From an uncultured delta proteobacterium (GTDB taxonomy: Bacteria; Myxococcota_A; Polyangia; Polyangiales; Houyiibacteriaceae), in contig CAVOVB010000002.1 in the NCBI GenBank assembly GCA_963699755.1, positions 256,001-320,000 on the forward strand: a stretch of DNA of 64,000 nucleotides, read 5' to 3'. The position numbers were made by a program, and so were the translations under genes. Below the pieces are notes generated by a model. That model was not told where the DNA came from and did not search any database. It saw only the letters and a list, made by a program, of their open reading frames with translations. Position 1 is the stretch's first letter, and every line of letters starts with the position of its first letter. Below, in pieces: positions 26,827 through 40,861 of this stretch.

Positions 26827-27632
26827 TGCCCCGCCGAAAGGCGGTCCATGAGCAGGCCGAGGAAGCGGGTGGCGAGTGGACGCGGCAAAAGCCTAATCGT
26901 GAGAACCATCAGCTTGTTGAGGAGGCCGGGAACGACCGTCACCCGCCCTCCAAGGGCCCGCAAGCTCGTCGAGACCACCGAAGCGGGGCTTGCGAAGATC
27001 AAGCGTGCGAGCGGGCCGAATCTGCGAGGGTCGAGACCCGCAACTCGCTGGAACTCGCTGTTCGTCCCCCCCGGACAGAGCGCCTGCACGTCGACACCGT
27101 GGGGCTTGAGCTCGGCGGCGAGACCCTCCGCGAAGAGAAGATCGTAGGACTTGGTAGCGTTGTAGTTGGCCATCCCGCGTGCTCCGGAGAATCCGTTGAC
27201 CGAAGAGACGAAGATCACTGCACCTTTGCCCCGTTCGCGCATACCTTGCGCGATCTCGTGCGTGAGAAGCATCGGCGCGCGGCAATTCAAGTTGAGCATC
27301 GCCTCTTGAACACTGGGGTCCATGTCGAGGAAGGGTCCGCTCGAGCCGAAGCCCGCGCAGTTGACCAACAAACCGATCTCGATCCCGTCAAGCGCCGGCC
27401 GCAATACCTCGACGATGTCACGCGAGGCGAGGTCCGCAGGAGCTACGCGAGCTTCGACCTGGCACATGTCTTCGATGTTCGACGCGAGCGCTTCGAGACG
27501 GTTGCGACGCCGCGCCACCAGGACGACGTTGACCCCACGCTCGGCAATGCGTCTCGCAAACTCTGCACCAATTCCCGCGGAAGCGCCGGTGATGACCGCC
27601 CAGGGTCCGTAGCGCTCGGTAAACTGGCTCAT
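26823..27632 (-). CDS. SDR oxidoreductase (17-beta-HSD/ketoacyl-reductase-like)
   Basis: YGPWAVITGASAGIG, LVNCAG and YNATK. Start at ATG 27632. Confidence 0.82.
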   Translation of the reverse strand: MSQFTERYGPWAVITGASAGIGAEFARRIAERGVNVVLVARRRNRLEALASNIEDMCQVEARVAPADLASRDIVEVLRPALDGIEIGLLVNCAGFGSSGPFLDMDPSVQEAMLNLNCRAPMLLTHEIAQGMRERGKGAVIFVSSVNGFSGARGMANYNATKSYDLLFAEGLAAELKPHGVDVQALCPGGTNSEFQRVAGLDPRRFGPLARLIFASPASVVSTSLRALGGRVTVVPGLLNKLMVLTIRLLPRPLATRFLGLLMDRLSAGH

Positions 27633-27672
27633 GGCCCATGAGCCTACCACGCGGCTCGCTAGCACACAGCCA

Positions 27673-28950
27673 TCAGCTCACGACGCGCAAGCTGCGAGGC
27701 TCGTAGCGGAACCGCGAGTCTTGGGTCAGCTCTTCATAGGAGCCGAAAACCTCATCGGGATTCTGAATCGCGTCGAGCGGCTCCGTGGGGTCCTGATCGG
27801 ATGTGCCCCCGAACTCGCGAAGCACCCCGTAGCCGGTGTCGCGCTGCACGGGCACCCTCCCCGAATCTCGGATGACCCGGCGCAAGGTCGCGGGCGTCAT
27901 TAGCTGTCCGTGACGAGCACCCGCCGCGGTCGAGATGCTCTCGTTCATGAGCGTCCCACCGAGGTCATTGACGCCGCAGCTGAGCAACAACTGGGAGGTG
28001 CGAAGACCTTCCTTGACCCAAGATGCCTGGAGGTTCGGGATGTCCCAGCCGAGCATGAGGCGGGCCGTCGCGTAAAGGCGGAAGACCTCATCACCGGTCG
28101 GCCCTGGCCGAACGCCCGGTACCTCGCTGGCCGCGAAGAGCGGCGCGTCCTCGTGGACGAAAGACAGTGGGACGAACTCGGTGAACCCACCGGTCTCCCG
28201 TTGGACTCTACGTAGAAGATCCATGTGCCGCATCCGATCCTCGACCGATTCGACGTGCCCAAACATCATGGTGCAAGTCGTTCGAATGCCGAGCCGGTGG
28301 GCGGAGGTGACGACGTCCAGCCATTCCCCGGTCGTGATCCGGGTGGGTGAAATGGTTTTGCGCAGACGGTCGTCGAGAATTTCGGCCGAGGTGCCAGGAA
28401 GCGTGCCGAGACCCGCCTCCTTGAGCTCGGCCAGGTAGTCGCTGTAGGAGACCCGCTTGAGCGAAGCGCCAAACTTCACCTCTTCCGGCGAGAAAGCGTG
28501 GATGTGGATCTCAGGCGCCGCTTCCTTCACGACGCGACACAGCTCGCCATAGCTGTTGCCGGTCAAATTCGGCGAGAGACCAGCTTGTAGGCAGACTTCG
28601 GTGGCACCCATCTCCCAGGCCTGGCGGACTCGCCGCGCGACCTCTTCGTGGGGAAGGAAGTAGCCATGCTCCGAACGCACCGTGCGGGCAAATGCACAGA
28701 ACTTGCAGTTCTTGATGCAGACGTTGGTGAAGTTGATGTTTCGATTGACGACGTAGCTGACCCGCTCACCCACCTGCCGTCGGCGGAGCTCGTCGGCAAC
28801 CATGCACAGGGCCTGGAGGTCGCGCCCTCGCGCCTCGTTCAAGACCATTCCGTCTTCGACGCTGAGCTCATCACCGCCGAGGCTCTGCTCGAGGATCGTG
28901 CGAATAGGGGACGAAACCTCCTGGAGACAGGTTTCGAGAGCGGTCGTCAT
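27673..28950 (-). CDS. cofH: FO synthase subunit CofH (radical SAM)
   Basis: VNRNINFTNVCIKNCKFC, PGTSAEIL, NLQASWVK and NDLGGTLMNESIS.AAGA.HG. Confidence 0.9.
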   Translation of the reverse strand: MTTALETCLQEVSSPIRTILEQSLGGDELSVEDGMVLNEARGRDLQALCMVADELRRRQVGERVSYVVNRNINFTNVCIKNCKFCAFARTVRSEHGYFLPHEEVARRVRQAWEMGATEVCLQAGLSPNLTGNSYGELCRVVKEAAPEIHIHAFSPEEVKFGASLKRVSYSDYLAELKEAGLGTLPGTSAEILDDRLRKTISPTRITTGEWLDVVTSAHRLGIRTTCTMMFGHVESVEDRMRHMDLLRRVQRETGGFTEFVPLSFVHEDAPLFAASEVPGVRPGPTGDEVFRLYATARLMLGWDIPNLQASWVKEGLRTSQLLLSCGVNDLGGTLMNESISTAAGARHGQLMTPATLRRVIRDSGRVPVQRDTGYGVLREFGGTSDQDPTEPLDAIQNPDEVFGSYEELTQDSRFRYEPRSLRVVS

Positions 28951-30089
28951 GGCGTGGCTAGCTCCATTTGAACCTTGCGGATATGAGGGCGCAAAGATGC
29001 GTCCACGAAACCCCGCGCATCGAGGTGACCGGGATATGCTGGCAGTCTCCGTTCGAGTCGAAATCCCTCGGCTTCGCAGGCTTCGCCAAGGCGTTCGAGA
29101 TACGGCCAGGGATGTTGAGGGTTGATGTAGTCTGGGGTCACAGGCGAAATGCCACCGAAGTCGTTGATGCCTGCATGGATCAAGGCGGCCGTCGAAGCTG
29201 GATTGAGATTAGGTGGCGCCTGAACGCTGATGTCGTCGTCGAGGATCAGCCGGGTCAGGGCGATCGTGGCGGCGAGCTCGTCGGAGCTCGGCTCGCGCGA
29301 CAAACCCATCGGAGTATCGGGATGCGCGCGAAAGTTCTGGACGATCACTTCGCCGATATGACCGTGCTCGCGATGCAAGCGTCGAATCGCAACAATCGTG
29401 TCGATTCGCTCCTCGATCGTCTCACCGATTCCGATGAGAAGGCCCGAGGTGAACGGAATTTGGAGCTCGCCCGCTTCGCGAGTCATTTGAAGGCGCTTGG
29501 CCGGTCGCTTGTCGGGCGCGCGATGGTGCGGCATGCCCCTTTCGCATAGTCGCTCACTCACGTTCTCGAGCATCAAGCCGAGGCTCACGTTCACTGGCCT
29601 GAGCGCGACCATATCCTCGCGAGAAAGAATGCCGGCATTGGTGTGCGGTAGCAGCCCCGCTCGTAGCGCTTCTTCGGCCGCCCAGCGAAGATAGTCGACC
29701 GTTCGTTCGTGCCCCCAAGAACGCAGTAGGGCCCGGTATTCCCGAAAGCCGGTTTCAGGCGTGTCACCCAAGCAAAACAGCGCCTCGATGCAGCCCTGCT
29801 GTCGTGCTCGATGGAGCCAATCGTGAATCTCGCCGGGGCTCATCGTCCATTCGCCGGGATCGCCCGGCGAACGACGAAACGAGCAGTAGTCGCAGTGATT
29901 CCGGCAGAGATTGGTGATCGGAAGAAACACCTTGGGAGAGTACGTGAGCCTCTTCCCCCAGGCACGATCGCGACGAGCACCAGCAGCCTCGCAAAGGGAG
30001 GCGCCGTCGAGCTCGCTCAGTCGGTAGGCGTCTTGCTCGCTGACCGGACCGAAGCTTGCGCTGTGCAAAGTTCTCGACATCGGGGTCAT
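28947..30089 (-). CDS. cofG: FO synthase subunit CofG (radical SAM)
   Basis: TYSPKVFLPITNLCRNHCDYC, LPHTNAG, QAPPNL and DFGGISPVTPDYINP..PWP. Confidence 0.92.
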   Translation of the reverse strand: MTPMSRTLHSASFGPVSEQDAYRLSELDGASLCEAAGARRDRAWGKRLTYSPKVFLPITNLCRNHCDYCSFRRSPGDPGEWTMSPGEIHDWLHRARQQGCIEALFCLGDTPETGFREYRALLRSWGHERTVDYLRWAAEEALRAGLLPHTNAGILSREDMVALRPVNVSLGLMLENVSERLCERGMPHHRAPDKRPAKRLQMTREAGELQIPFTSGLLIGIGETIEERIDTIVAIRRLHREHGHIGEVIVQNFRAHPDTPMGLSREPSSDELAATIALTRLILDDDISVQAPPNLNPASTAALIHAGINDFGGISPVTPDYINPQHPWPYLERLGEACEAEGFRLERRLPAYPGHLDARGFVDASLRPHIRKVQMELATP

Positions 30090-30961
30090 TGCATCTTGGC
30101 GATGACGGTGTCCGCAAACCGGTTCAGGCCGTCGAGGCGTCCCTGCAAATCGCCGCCTAGCATGGGAGTCCCATACATGAGCCAGGGCACGGTGATGATA
30201 TCGGTCACGCCTGCGTCTTCGAGACGCTTGTACCCGTCGGCATCCCAGACGTCAGTAACGACCGCCTGGTATTCCATCGGCAGATGGTCACGACCGTACT
30301 CCTTGCGAAAGGTTTCGATCTGGCCGATGAGGGCGAGCAGCTTCTTCGAAGTAAGCATCGCCGAAGACCAGCCGTCTCCGTATTTGGCTGCGCGTCGAAG
30401 CCCCGGCTTGCTGTGGCCACCTATGTAAATGGGAATGGGCTTGCTCGGGGCCGGGCTCATCTGGATCTTACCGAAGTCGTAGTGCTCGCCGTGGTATTCG
30501 ACCATGCCGCCTCCCCAAATGAGGCGGAGTATTTCGAGACACTCGTCCATGCGCTTGCCGCGCGTGTCGAAGTCCGTGCCACACCACTTGAACTCCTCGG
30601 GCAGCCAGCCGAGCCCACAGCCGAAGCCAAAGCGATTATTGGAAAGCGCCGCCAGGGAAGCGACCTGTTTGGCGACCAAGACTGGATGGCGCACGGGCAG
30701 CTTCACGACGCTCGTGTAGAGGAACAGCGATTGCGTCGCAGCAGCCATGGCGGCTGCGCCCACAATCGGCTCAATCCACGGAGTCTCGCCGTCCCACATG
30801 CGACTGCCGTCTTGGGTGTACGGGTACGGCTTACTGACTTCCTCTGAGAAGAAGATCGAGTCGGGCAAGACGATGGCATGATAGCCGCGTTTCTCCGCCT
30901 CCTTCGCCACCGGGATGTAGTGCTCAGGCGGCGCCATGGCGATTGAGACGCTGAATTTCAT
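30086..30961 (-). CDS. LLM class F420-dependent oxidoreductase (Rv2161c-like)
   Basis: YPYT.DG, VKLPVRHPVLVAKQ, GLGWLPEEF, RGKRMDE and PIYIGGHS...LRRAA..GDGW. Confidence 0.85.
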   Translation of the reverse strand: MKFSVSIAMAPPEHYIPVAKEAEKRGYHAIVLPDSIFFSEEVSKPYPYTQDGSRMWDGETPWIEPIVGAAAMAAATQSLFLYTSVVKLPVRHPVLVAKQVASLAALSNNRFGFGCGLGWLPEEFKWCGTDFDTRGKRMDECLEILRLIWGGGMVEYHGEHYDFGKIQMSPAPSKPIPIYIGGHSKPGLRRAAKYGDGWSSAMLTSKKLLALIGQIETFRKEYGRDHLPMEYQAVVTDVWDADGYKRLEDAGVTDIITVPWLMYGTPMLGGDLQGRLDGLNRFADTVIAKMQ

Positions 30962-31020
30962 CGGGCGGACCTTAGCATAGGGGAGCCCCAAGCAAAGCCT
31001 CTATCAGGGACGAAGGCCGC

Positions 31021-32288
31021 CTATCCGCGGTCTCGCGGGATTCGCGTGCCGATGACACGCGTTACGTTGAGCCAGGCCCACATCCGAGCAGAAAGGAGCG
31101 GCTTGCCGGTGTTCATGAACGCGACACTGATGTCCCGATCGGGATCGGCCCATCCGAGGACATTGGTAAAACCGAGGTGACCATAGGCGTTGGCCGTACG
31201 AGGTCCGTAGAACCCAAAGCTTCGCAAACCAAGCATGAACCCCATCGAGAGTGGAATCGGCATCATCAAGACGCGATCGACCTGCCCCGTTACCTGAGGC
31301 TCGACGGCGCGGGCGATCGTGCGCTGCTCGAAGACGCGACTATCTTGATAGGTGCCACCGCAAAGTAGCGTCTCGAAGAAGCGCGAAATCTCCTCGGGCG
31401 TGGCAATGATGTTGGCAGCGGGTGCGACACCCGTTCGGAAACGAGGGTCGTTACCCAGGTCGACGAGCTCCCGCATGGAGGCGCCAAAGGCCACTTGGAC
31501 CAGATTTCGATAGGGCCAGGTCGGGGTAGGCCCGGTGAAGGCGTCGACGGCAACCTGGTCTAGAAGCTCTGGTTCGACGCCATAGTTGAAGTGCTTCATC
31601 CCTAGGGGCTCGCGTACCTTCTGCGTGAGGAACTCTCGTATCTCCTGGCCTGTCACTCGCCGAATGATCTCGCCCAAGATGAACCCGCTGGTGACGGCCT
31701 GATACGCCTGCACGCTTCCAGGCCTGTGCGTCGGCTCGAGCTCGCAAAATGCTCGAACGATTGCCTCGGGCTTCGAAAGCAGGTCGAGGTTGATTGCTTC
31801 TTCCGGGGTAGCCGGAATCCCGGCACGATGCGTCAGGACGTCACGAATGGTGATGTTGTGTTTCCGACGTTTCGCAAACTCCGGAATGAACGTGGCTACC
31901 GGCTCGTCGACATGGAGCTGTTCCTCCTCCTGCAAGAGGTGAATCAGCATGGCGGTGACAGACTTTGAGCCCGAGAAAAAATTGAAGAGCGTATCAGGGG
32001 TCGCTCTGACCAAGGGCGCGCCTTCAGGATCATCGGGGCTGTTTCCCCGCGCATGTCCGATGGCTCGATCGAGAATGATTTCGCCCCTGCGCCGGATGCA
32101 AAGCGCGATCGCTGGATGCAGTCCCGACTTGTAGAAGGTGACCACCGAGCCCCAAATCGCATCGACGTCTTGAGTGCTCAGCCCCACCCCGCGAGGATCG
32201 ATTTCGCGGTGACTCCGGGTCGTCACCTCCTCTGGATCGAACGTTCGAACGCTCACCGGCAGAAGATCTCGAAGCCGTGGTCGCTGCA

Positions 32289-32289
<1 letters not shown>
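31021..32289 (-). CDS. Serine hydrolase (beta-lactamase-fold esterase), LipE-like
   Basis: SxxK (FSGSK), LTHRAG and YGHLGFTN. HPAIALCIRRRG..ILDRAIGH..GN resembles mycobacterial LipE. TGATG coupling with metH. Confidence 0.8.
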
Positions 32290-35960
<3,671 letters not shown>

Positions 35961-36116
35961 CTGCTTCAAACCTCGCCCCGAAGAACTCGCGTAATGACCT
36001 TAAAAGGTGGCATGCGCCCGTGGCACGACGCACGCATACTCAGACGGGCAGCCGGTGGGGAGCATTGATATACTCCTGATGGGTTAAGCTACTATGCTTA
36101 GACTGGTGCGCCTACG

Positions 36117-37172
36117 ATGAATTCCAACCGATTGGCTTTTGGTACGGCGTGGGTTCGCTTCGTGTTGGCGGCCTGCGGGATCTGGCTCGTCCCCCTCTTG
36201 TATCCGCCGATGGCGGCGCATCGCTGGGTGTTCATCGCCTACGCCGGCGTCGCGATCGTCGAGCAGTTCTTGATTTGGCGCGACATCGCGTCGCGGTGGC
36301 GCGCGGTCCTCGGCGGCATCCTCGACATGGCAGTGCTCACGTTCATCGTCCAGCGCGTCGGCTCCTCCCGGACCGTGATGGTGGCACTCTATTTCGTCGC
36401 AGGGATCGTCAACTCGCTCGTGGTGACACCGAGATTGGGCGTCCTGGTCTCGACCATTGGCGCGTTCATGTACTCGGCGGTGGTCATGATGGAGGTCCAA
36501 GGCATCCTGCCATTCGCACCCGACGGGCCAGCCTGGATGCAGTCGGGACGCCTCAGCCCAATCGACGGGTTCTTGCAAGCGTCATTGGTCACCGTGTTGC
36601 TGATGTTTGGGACGGCGATCGTCGCGAGCTTGATCCGGAGAATCAGCCAGCGGGAAACCGAGCTGGTCGTGGCCAACGAGCGCCTCGCCGAGCTCTCTCG
36701 CCAAGACCCGCTGACCAAGCTGTGGAACCGTCGACATATCCTAAGCCACATCGAACAGGGTCTCGCCTGGCTGAATCGTGGACGGCCGATGGCTGTCGTG
36801 ATGATCGACTTGGACCAGTTCAAGCGCGTCAACGACACCCGAGGCCACCTCGAAGGCGATCAGGTTCTCAAGAGTGTGGCCGAAGCGCTTCAAAGGTCGA
36901 CGCGCGAGGTCGATATCGCCGGCCGATACGGCGGAGACGAGTTCGTGATCGTGCTTCAGGACACGAATCAAGATGAGGGACGCGTCGCCGGAAACCGCTT
37001 CGTCACTGCAATCCGGGAAGTGGGCATGAAGTTCGACCCGGTGAACCCCGTCACGGCAAGCGCCGGCCTGAGCATCGCCCGCCCCGGCGACACGGTGGAA
37101 ACCGTGTTGAAACGGGCCGACGATTTCGCATACTCCGCCAAGGGCAAGGGCGGCAATCGCCTTTGTGGCTGA
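36117..37172 (+). CDS. Membrane-anchored diguanylate cyclase
   Basis: Several N-terminal TM helices, DPLT..WNR, RxxD I-site (REVD) and intact GGDEF. Confidence 0.9.
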   Translation: MNSNRLAFGTAWVRFVLAACGIWLVPLLYPPMAAHRWVFIAYAGVAIVEQFLIWRDIASRWRAVLGGILDMAVLTFIVQRVGSSRTVMVALYFVAGIVNSLVVTPRLGVLVSTIGAFMYSAVVMMEVQGILPFAPDGPAWMQSGRLSPIDGFLQASLVTVLLMFGTAIVASLIRRISQRETELVVANERLAELSRQDPLTKLWNRRHILSHIEQGLAWLNRGRPMAVVMIDLDQFKRVNDTRGHLEGDQVLKSVAEALQRSTREVDIAGRYGGDEFVIVLQDTNQDEGRVAGNRFVTAIREVGMKFDPVNPVTASAGLSIARPGDTVETVLKRADDFAYSAKGKGGNRLCG

Positions 37173-37175
37173 AGC

Positions 37176-38039
37176 ATGCCTGACACAGTTTTGATCGCTG
37201 GCTGTGGTGACGTGGGAAACGCTCTTGCGGCGAGGCTCCTAGACGAAGGGTGTGAAGTTTGGGGCGTGCGCCGTCGTGTCGAGGGTCTGGGCCAGGGGGT
37301 TCGGCCCTGGCGTATTGATCTCTCCGAGCCGCGCGGTTTCGGTTCCCCACCCGCCGCTTTCGACTACCTATTCTATACTGCGAGCGCAGACCGTCGGGAC
37401 GAGGACCACTACCGGTCGATCTACGTCGACGCCCTGCGAGACCTCCTGGCTGCGCTGCGGGCGGCCCGCTGCCCCCTTCGGCGTGTCTTTTTCACCTCGA
37501 GCACCGCCGTATACGGCCAAGGTGCAGGCGAATGGGTCGACGAGGACTCGGCGACCGAGCCGCTTGGGTTCAACGGGCGCGTTCTTCTAGAGGCTGAAGC
37601 CATCGTTCGCGAGGGACCGGAAACGGGAATCAATCTACGGCTATCGGGGATCTACGGTCCCGGACGCACCCGATTGGTCCGGAACGTTTGGAGCGGGGAG
37701 GCGAGCCCAACCGCAAGCTGGACCAACCGGATTCACGTCGAGGACTGCGCGGGCGCGCTGCACCATCTAATGCGCGTCGACGATCCGAAGGCCCTCTACC
37801 TGGGCTCTGACGACGAGCCCGTGACCAGCGCTGATCTGACGACCTGGCTCGCCGAAGCGCTCGGCGTGCCCGCACCCACGAAAAAAGAAACCGCTCGATT
37901 GAACAAGCGCTGCCGAAACGCCCGGCTCCGAGAGTCGGGCTATCAGTTCGAGCTGCCGACGTTTCGCGAAGGCTATCGGCCGATCGTCCGGGAGTTCCTG
38001 AGGGACGTCAGCGACCCGGGTGCGAGCGACCAGCGCTAG
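37176..38039 (+). CDS. Atypical SDR / NAD-dependent epimerase (YeeZ-like)
   Basis: IAGCGDVG, SSTAVYGQ..GEWVDE, RLSGIYGPGR and NRIHVED. Confidence 0.85.
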   Translation: MPDTVLIAGCGDVGNALAARLLDEGCEVWGVRRRVEGLGQGVRPWRIDLSEPRGFGSPPAAFDYLFYTASADRRDEDHYRSIYVDALRDLLAALRAARCPLRRVFFTSSTAVYGQGAGEWVDEDSATEPLGFNGRVLLEAEAIVREGPETGINLRLSGIYGPGRTRLVRNVWSGEASPTASWTNRIHVEDCAGALHHLMRVDDPKALYLGSDDEPVTSADLTTWLAEALGVPAPTKKETARLNKRCRNARLRESGYQFELPTFREGYRPIVREFLRDVSDPGASDQR

Positions 38040-38356
38040 CCAGTTCGGTGAATGATGTGAAAGCCGAAAGGCGTCTCTACCACATCGCTCGTCTCCCCCA
38101 CTCCAAGCGCGAACGCGGCATCTTCGAAGCCCTTGACCATCTGGCCGCGGCCGAAACCACCCAGGTCACCCCCTGCCTGGGCGGAGCCGCAATCGGAGTG
38201 CGCACGCGCGAGGGCGCCGAACTCGGCACCGTCTCGAAGCTGTTGCGCAATGTCGGCGATCTGAGATTGAGCTTCTTCTTTGCTTCGGGTTGCGGAGGAG
38301 CGGTCGGAGCCCGCATACATGAGAAGGATGTGTGAGGCGTTGATCTGTTCTGCCAT
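38036..38356 (-). CDS. Parvulin-type peptidyl-prolyl cis-trans isomerase
   Basis: ASHIL, HSDCGS..GGDLG.F..GQMV..FE..AF and ETPFGFHII. Confidence 0.93.
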   Translation of the reverse strand: MAEQINASHILLMYAGSDRSSATRSKEEAQSQIADIAQQLRDGAEFGALARAHSDCGSAQAGGDLGGFGRGQMVKGFEDAAFALGVGETSDVVETPFGFHIIHRTG

Positions 38357-38403
38357 AGTCGTCTCCCCTGAAGGCCCAACCCTAGCAGAGACCAGCGGCG
38401 TCT

Positions 38404-39795
38404 TCAGTCGCTAATGGACTTCAAGCGGCCCGAACAGCGGAGCTCCACAGCAGCACGATCGACTTTGCCCGAACGATTGACGGGAAACGAATCGAGGAGG
38501 CAAATGCGCTTGGGTCGTTTGTGCGGCGCAAGCTCCCGTTCGAGCTCTCGTCGGAGCTGGTCGACGCTGAATCGTGCTCGGTCAGTCAGGAGAGCCGCAA
38601 CCACCTCTTGACCCCAGTCGTCGTGCGGCAGCGGAAAGACACAGGCCGAAACGATTCCATCGACGGATTCGAGCCAAGCTTCGACCTCCTGAGGCGCGAC
38701 GTTTTCCCCGCCCGTCACGATGATGTCGTCGATGCGTCCCCCAACGAGCAGCTGCCCGTCGGGCAAGAAGGCGCCAAAGTCGCCGGTACGAAGCCAGGCG
38801 TCCAGCGTCCAGGGCTCGCCGCTTCGATCTTCACCCAGGTATCCATCCATCAACGTGTCGCCGCGAATCTGAATCTCGTCATCCACGATCCGAACATCGA
38901 TGCCGCGCAATGCTGAGCCTGAGCCGGGCTGGCCGCTTTGTTCAGGCGCTTGTGTCGTGACCTGAGAGCAAGCTTCGGTGCACCCGTAGGTGGCGAGGAT
39001 CGGGACCCCTCGACTTCTGGCACGCTCGCGCAAGGCAGAAGGAAGCGGCGCACCGCCAACCAAGACCGCGCGAAGCTCCGGGCTCGGCTCCCAGATGGGG
39101 TCTTCGAGCTGGAGCAAGCGGCGAAGCATGGTTGGCACGACGCTCAGGAGCGTTATGCGGTTCTCAGTCATCAGGCGGCTCAGCGCACGGGGATGGAAGG
39201 GACCGGGGCCCAACACGATGCAGCGCCGGGCAATGAGCGATCGGGTGATGATCGACAAACCGCCGACATGGGCCGGTGGCATGCACAGGAGCCAGCGGTC
39301 CTCAGGAAGCCAGCCGAGATTCGCGGCATGCGCAGCTTCCGAAGCGATGAACGCGCGACGAGATAAGCGAGCTCCGCGAGGCGCACCGCTCGAACCCGAC
39401 GTGTAGGCGATCGCCAGGGTCTCCTCGTCGGCGACCGGTGCGGGCTCCGCGAACGGCTCGGCGGGCGCATCGACCGGGACCGCGCCCTCGATCCGGTGCG
39501 CGGGCACCGACTCGGTCAACAGGAAGGCCCGTTCGCGATCGCGGAGACCTGGATGTAGTAGCACCGCCGGGCAGCCGAGCTCGAAGAGGGCGTATAGCCA
39601 AACGATCGAGTCAAAATCCAGCTCGGGCGTGAGCGCAACCCTATCCCCGGGCTTGACCCCGCGAGCCCCAAGCGATGCAACGGCTCTCTGAACACGGATC
39701 GCGACATCTGCATACGACCAAGCCCTGCCGTCTGCGATCAGGCAGTCACGGCCTGGATCTTCGCGTGCCGCAGCGAGCAGGCTCAGCTCAGTCAT
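38404..39795 (-). CDS. menE: o-succinylbenzoate-CoA ligase
   Basis: YTSGSSG, PPAHVGGL, TYGCTE..SQV and TGGENV.P. Position in the men operon. Start at ATG 39795. Confidence 0.82.
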   Translation of the reverse strand: MTELSLLAAAREDPGRDCLIADGRAWSYADVAIRVQRAVASLGARGVKPGDRVALTPELDFDSIVWLYALFELGCPAVLLHPGLRDRERAFLLTESVPAHRIEGAVPVDAPAEPFAEPAPVADEETLAIAYTSGSSGAPRGARLSRRAFIASEAAHAANLGWLPEDRWLLCMPPAHVGGLSIITRSLIARRCIVLGPGPFHPRALSRLMTENRITLLSVVPTMLRRLLQLEDPIWEPSPELRAVLVGGAPLPSALRERARSRGVPILATYGCTEACSQVTTQAPEQSGQPGSGSALRGIDVRIVDDEIQIRGDTLMDGYLGEDRSGEPWTLDAWLRTGDFGAFLPDGQLLVGGRIDDIIVTGGENVAPQEVEAWLESVDGIVSACVFPLPHDDWGQEVVAALLTDRARFSVDQLRRELERELAPHKRPKRICLLDSFPVNRSGKVDRAAVELRCSGRLKSISD

Positions 39796-40861
39796 CGGAG
39801 CCCTCTTCGAATTCAAGGCCCAAACCCGGCGCGTCATGCGGGACGATGAGCCTGTCTCGAATCGCCGCGATCCGGTGGGGCGGCCAGAGCCCAAGCGCCG
39901 GATGCTCGCCGAGGCCGGCAGCGAGCTCGGTTTGGAGTGCGAGCGCAAGCTCAGCGGTGGCGGCGCGGGCAATCGGGCCATCGAACGTGTGCGACACCAG
40001 GTATCGGGCGCCATGAGCGGCTGCGCGCTCGGCGATTTCGAACGAGGCACGCAAACCTCCCAGGACCATTGGCTTGATGACCACGGCGCTGATCCGGCCG
40101 CTCTCGAGTAGCCGCCGAGTAAGCGCCCGATCGCGAAGCGATTCATCGAGGGCGAAAGGCAGCGGCAGGCCCAACGCGGTCGGCCAGTCCTCGGGCGCAA
40201 CGGGTTCTTCGATCAGCTCCAGCTCGAGGGCTTCGAGCACGTCGGCATTCTGCCGAAGCGCTGCGACAGGGACGCGGCGGTTCGCGTCGAGACGAAGCGG
40301 GAGCATCGGATGTGCACTTCGAATCGATCGAAGGGCTTCGATCTCTGATTCGAGATCAGATCCAATTTTGAGCTTCAGGTGCGTTGCACCGTCGGCGACT
40401 AGCTCATCGGCGCGCTGCGGCCATGAGCTGGCGTCCGCGGTCATGACGAGGTCTGCGATGGAGATCGCAGATCGCTCCTCGTCGCCACCCAGCACCCGAT
40501 GCACCGGTTCGCCCCGAGTCTGACCAAGCCAAGCGAGCAGCGCCGTCTCTAGTGCGAAGCGAGAAGACGGTTGCTTCAGCGGCCGCGCGGTAAACGCATC
40601 CTCGAGTAGCCGAAACGGGCTTGCCAATGGGTCCGCAACGAGCGGCGCATCAGCGAGCTGCTGGAGCTCCTCGGCGACATCGGCGAGCACATCCGGAGAA
40701 TAGCCAGGCAGCGGGGAGGCTTCACCGAGCCCAGTGGTGCCGTCGCTGCGCATGAGCCGAATCACCGCGAACGCCCGCCTGAGGAGGCCTTCGGCTCCGC
40801 CCAGGAGCGCCTCCGACAGCTCGCCTTCGAGCAGGTCGATCTGCGCGTGAAGCTCGGTCAC
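39788..40861 (-). CDS. menC: o-succinylbenzoate synthase (enolase superfamily)
   Basis: [29 protein letters not shown] and IKP. GTG 40861 overlaps the menA stop. Confidence 0.85.
   Translation of the reverse strand: MTELHAQIDLLEGELSEALLGGAEGLLRRAFAVIRLMRSDGTTGLGEASPLPGYSPDVLADVAEELQQLADAPLVADPLASPFRLLEDAFTARPLKQPSSRFALETALLAWLGQTRGEPVHRVLGGDEERSAISIADLVMTADASSWPQRADELVADGATHLKLKIGSDLESEIEALRSIRSAHPMLPLRLDANRRVPVAALRQNADVLEALELELIEEPVAPEDWPTALGLPLPFALDESLRDRALTRRLLESGRISAVVIKPMVLGGLRASFEIAERAAAHGARYLVSHTFDGPIARAATAELALALQTELAAGLGEHPALGLWPPHRIAAIRDRLIVPHDAPGLGLEFEEGSDD

Noticed and set aside
27673..28950. Possible MqnC/MqnE (futalosine menaquinone pathway) instead of CofH
   Set aside because: It is coupled to cofG, carries the CofH-type SWVK and ESIS-AAGA-HG motifs, and the classical men pathway is present.
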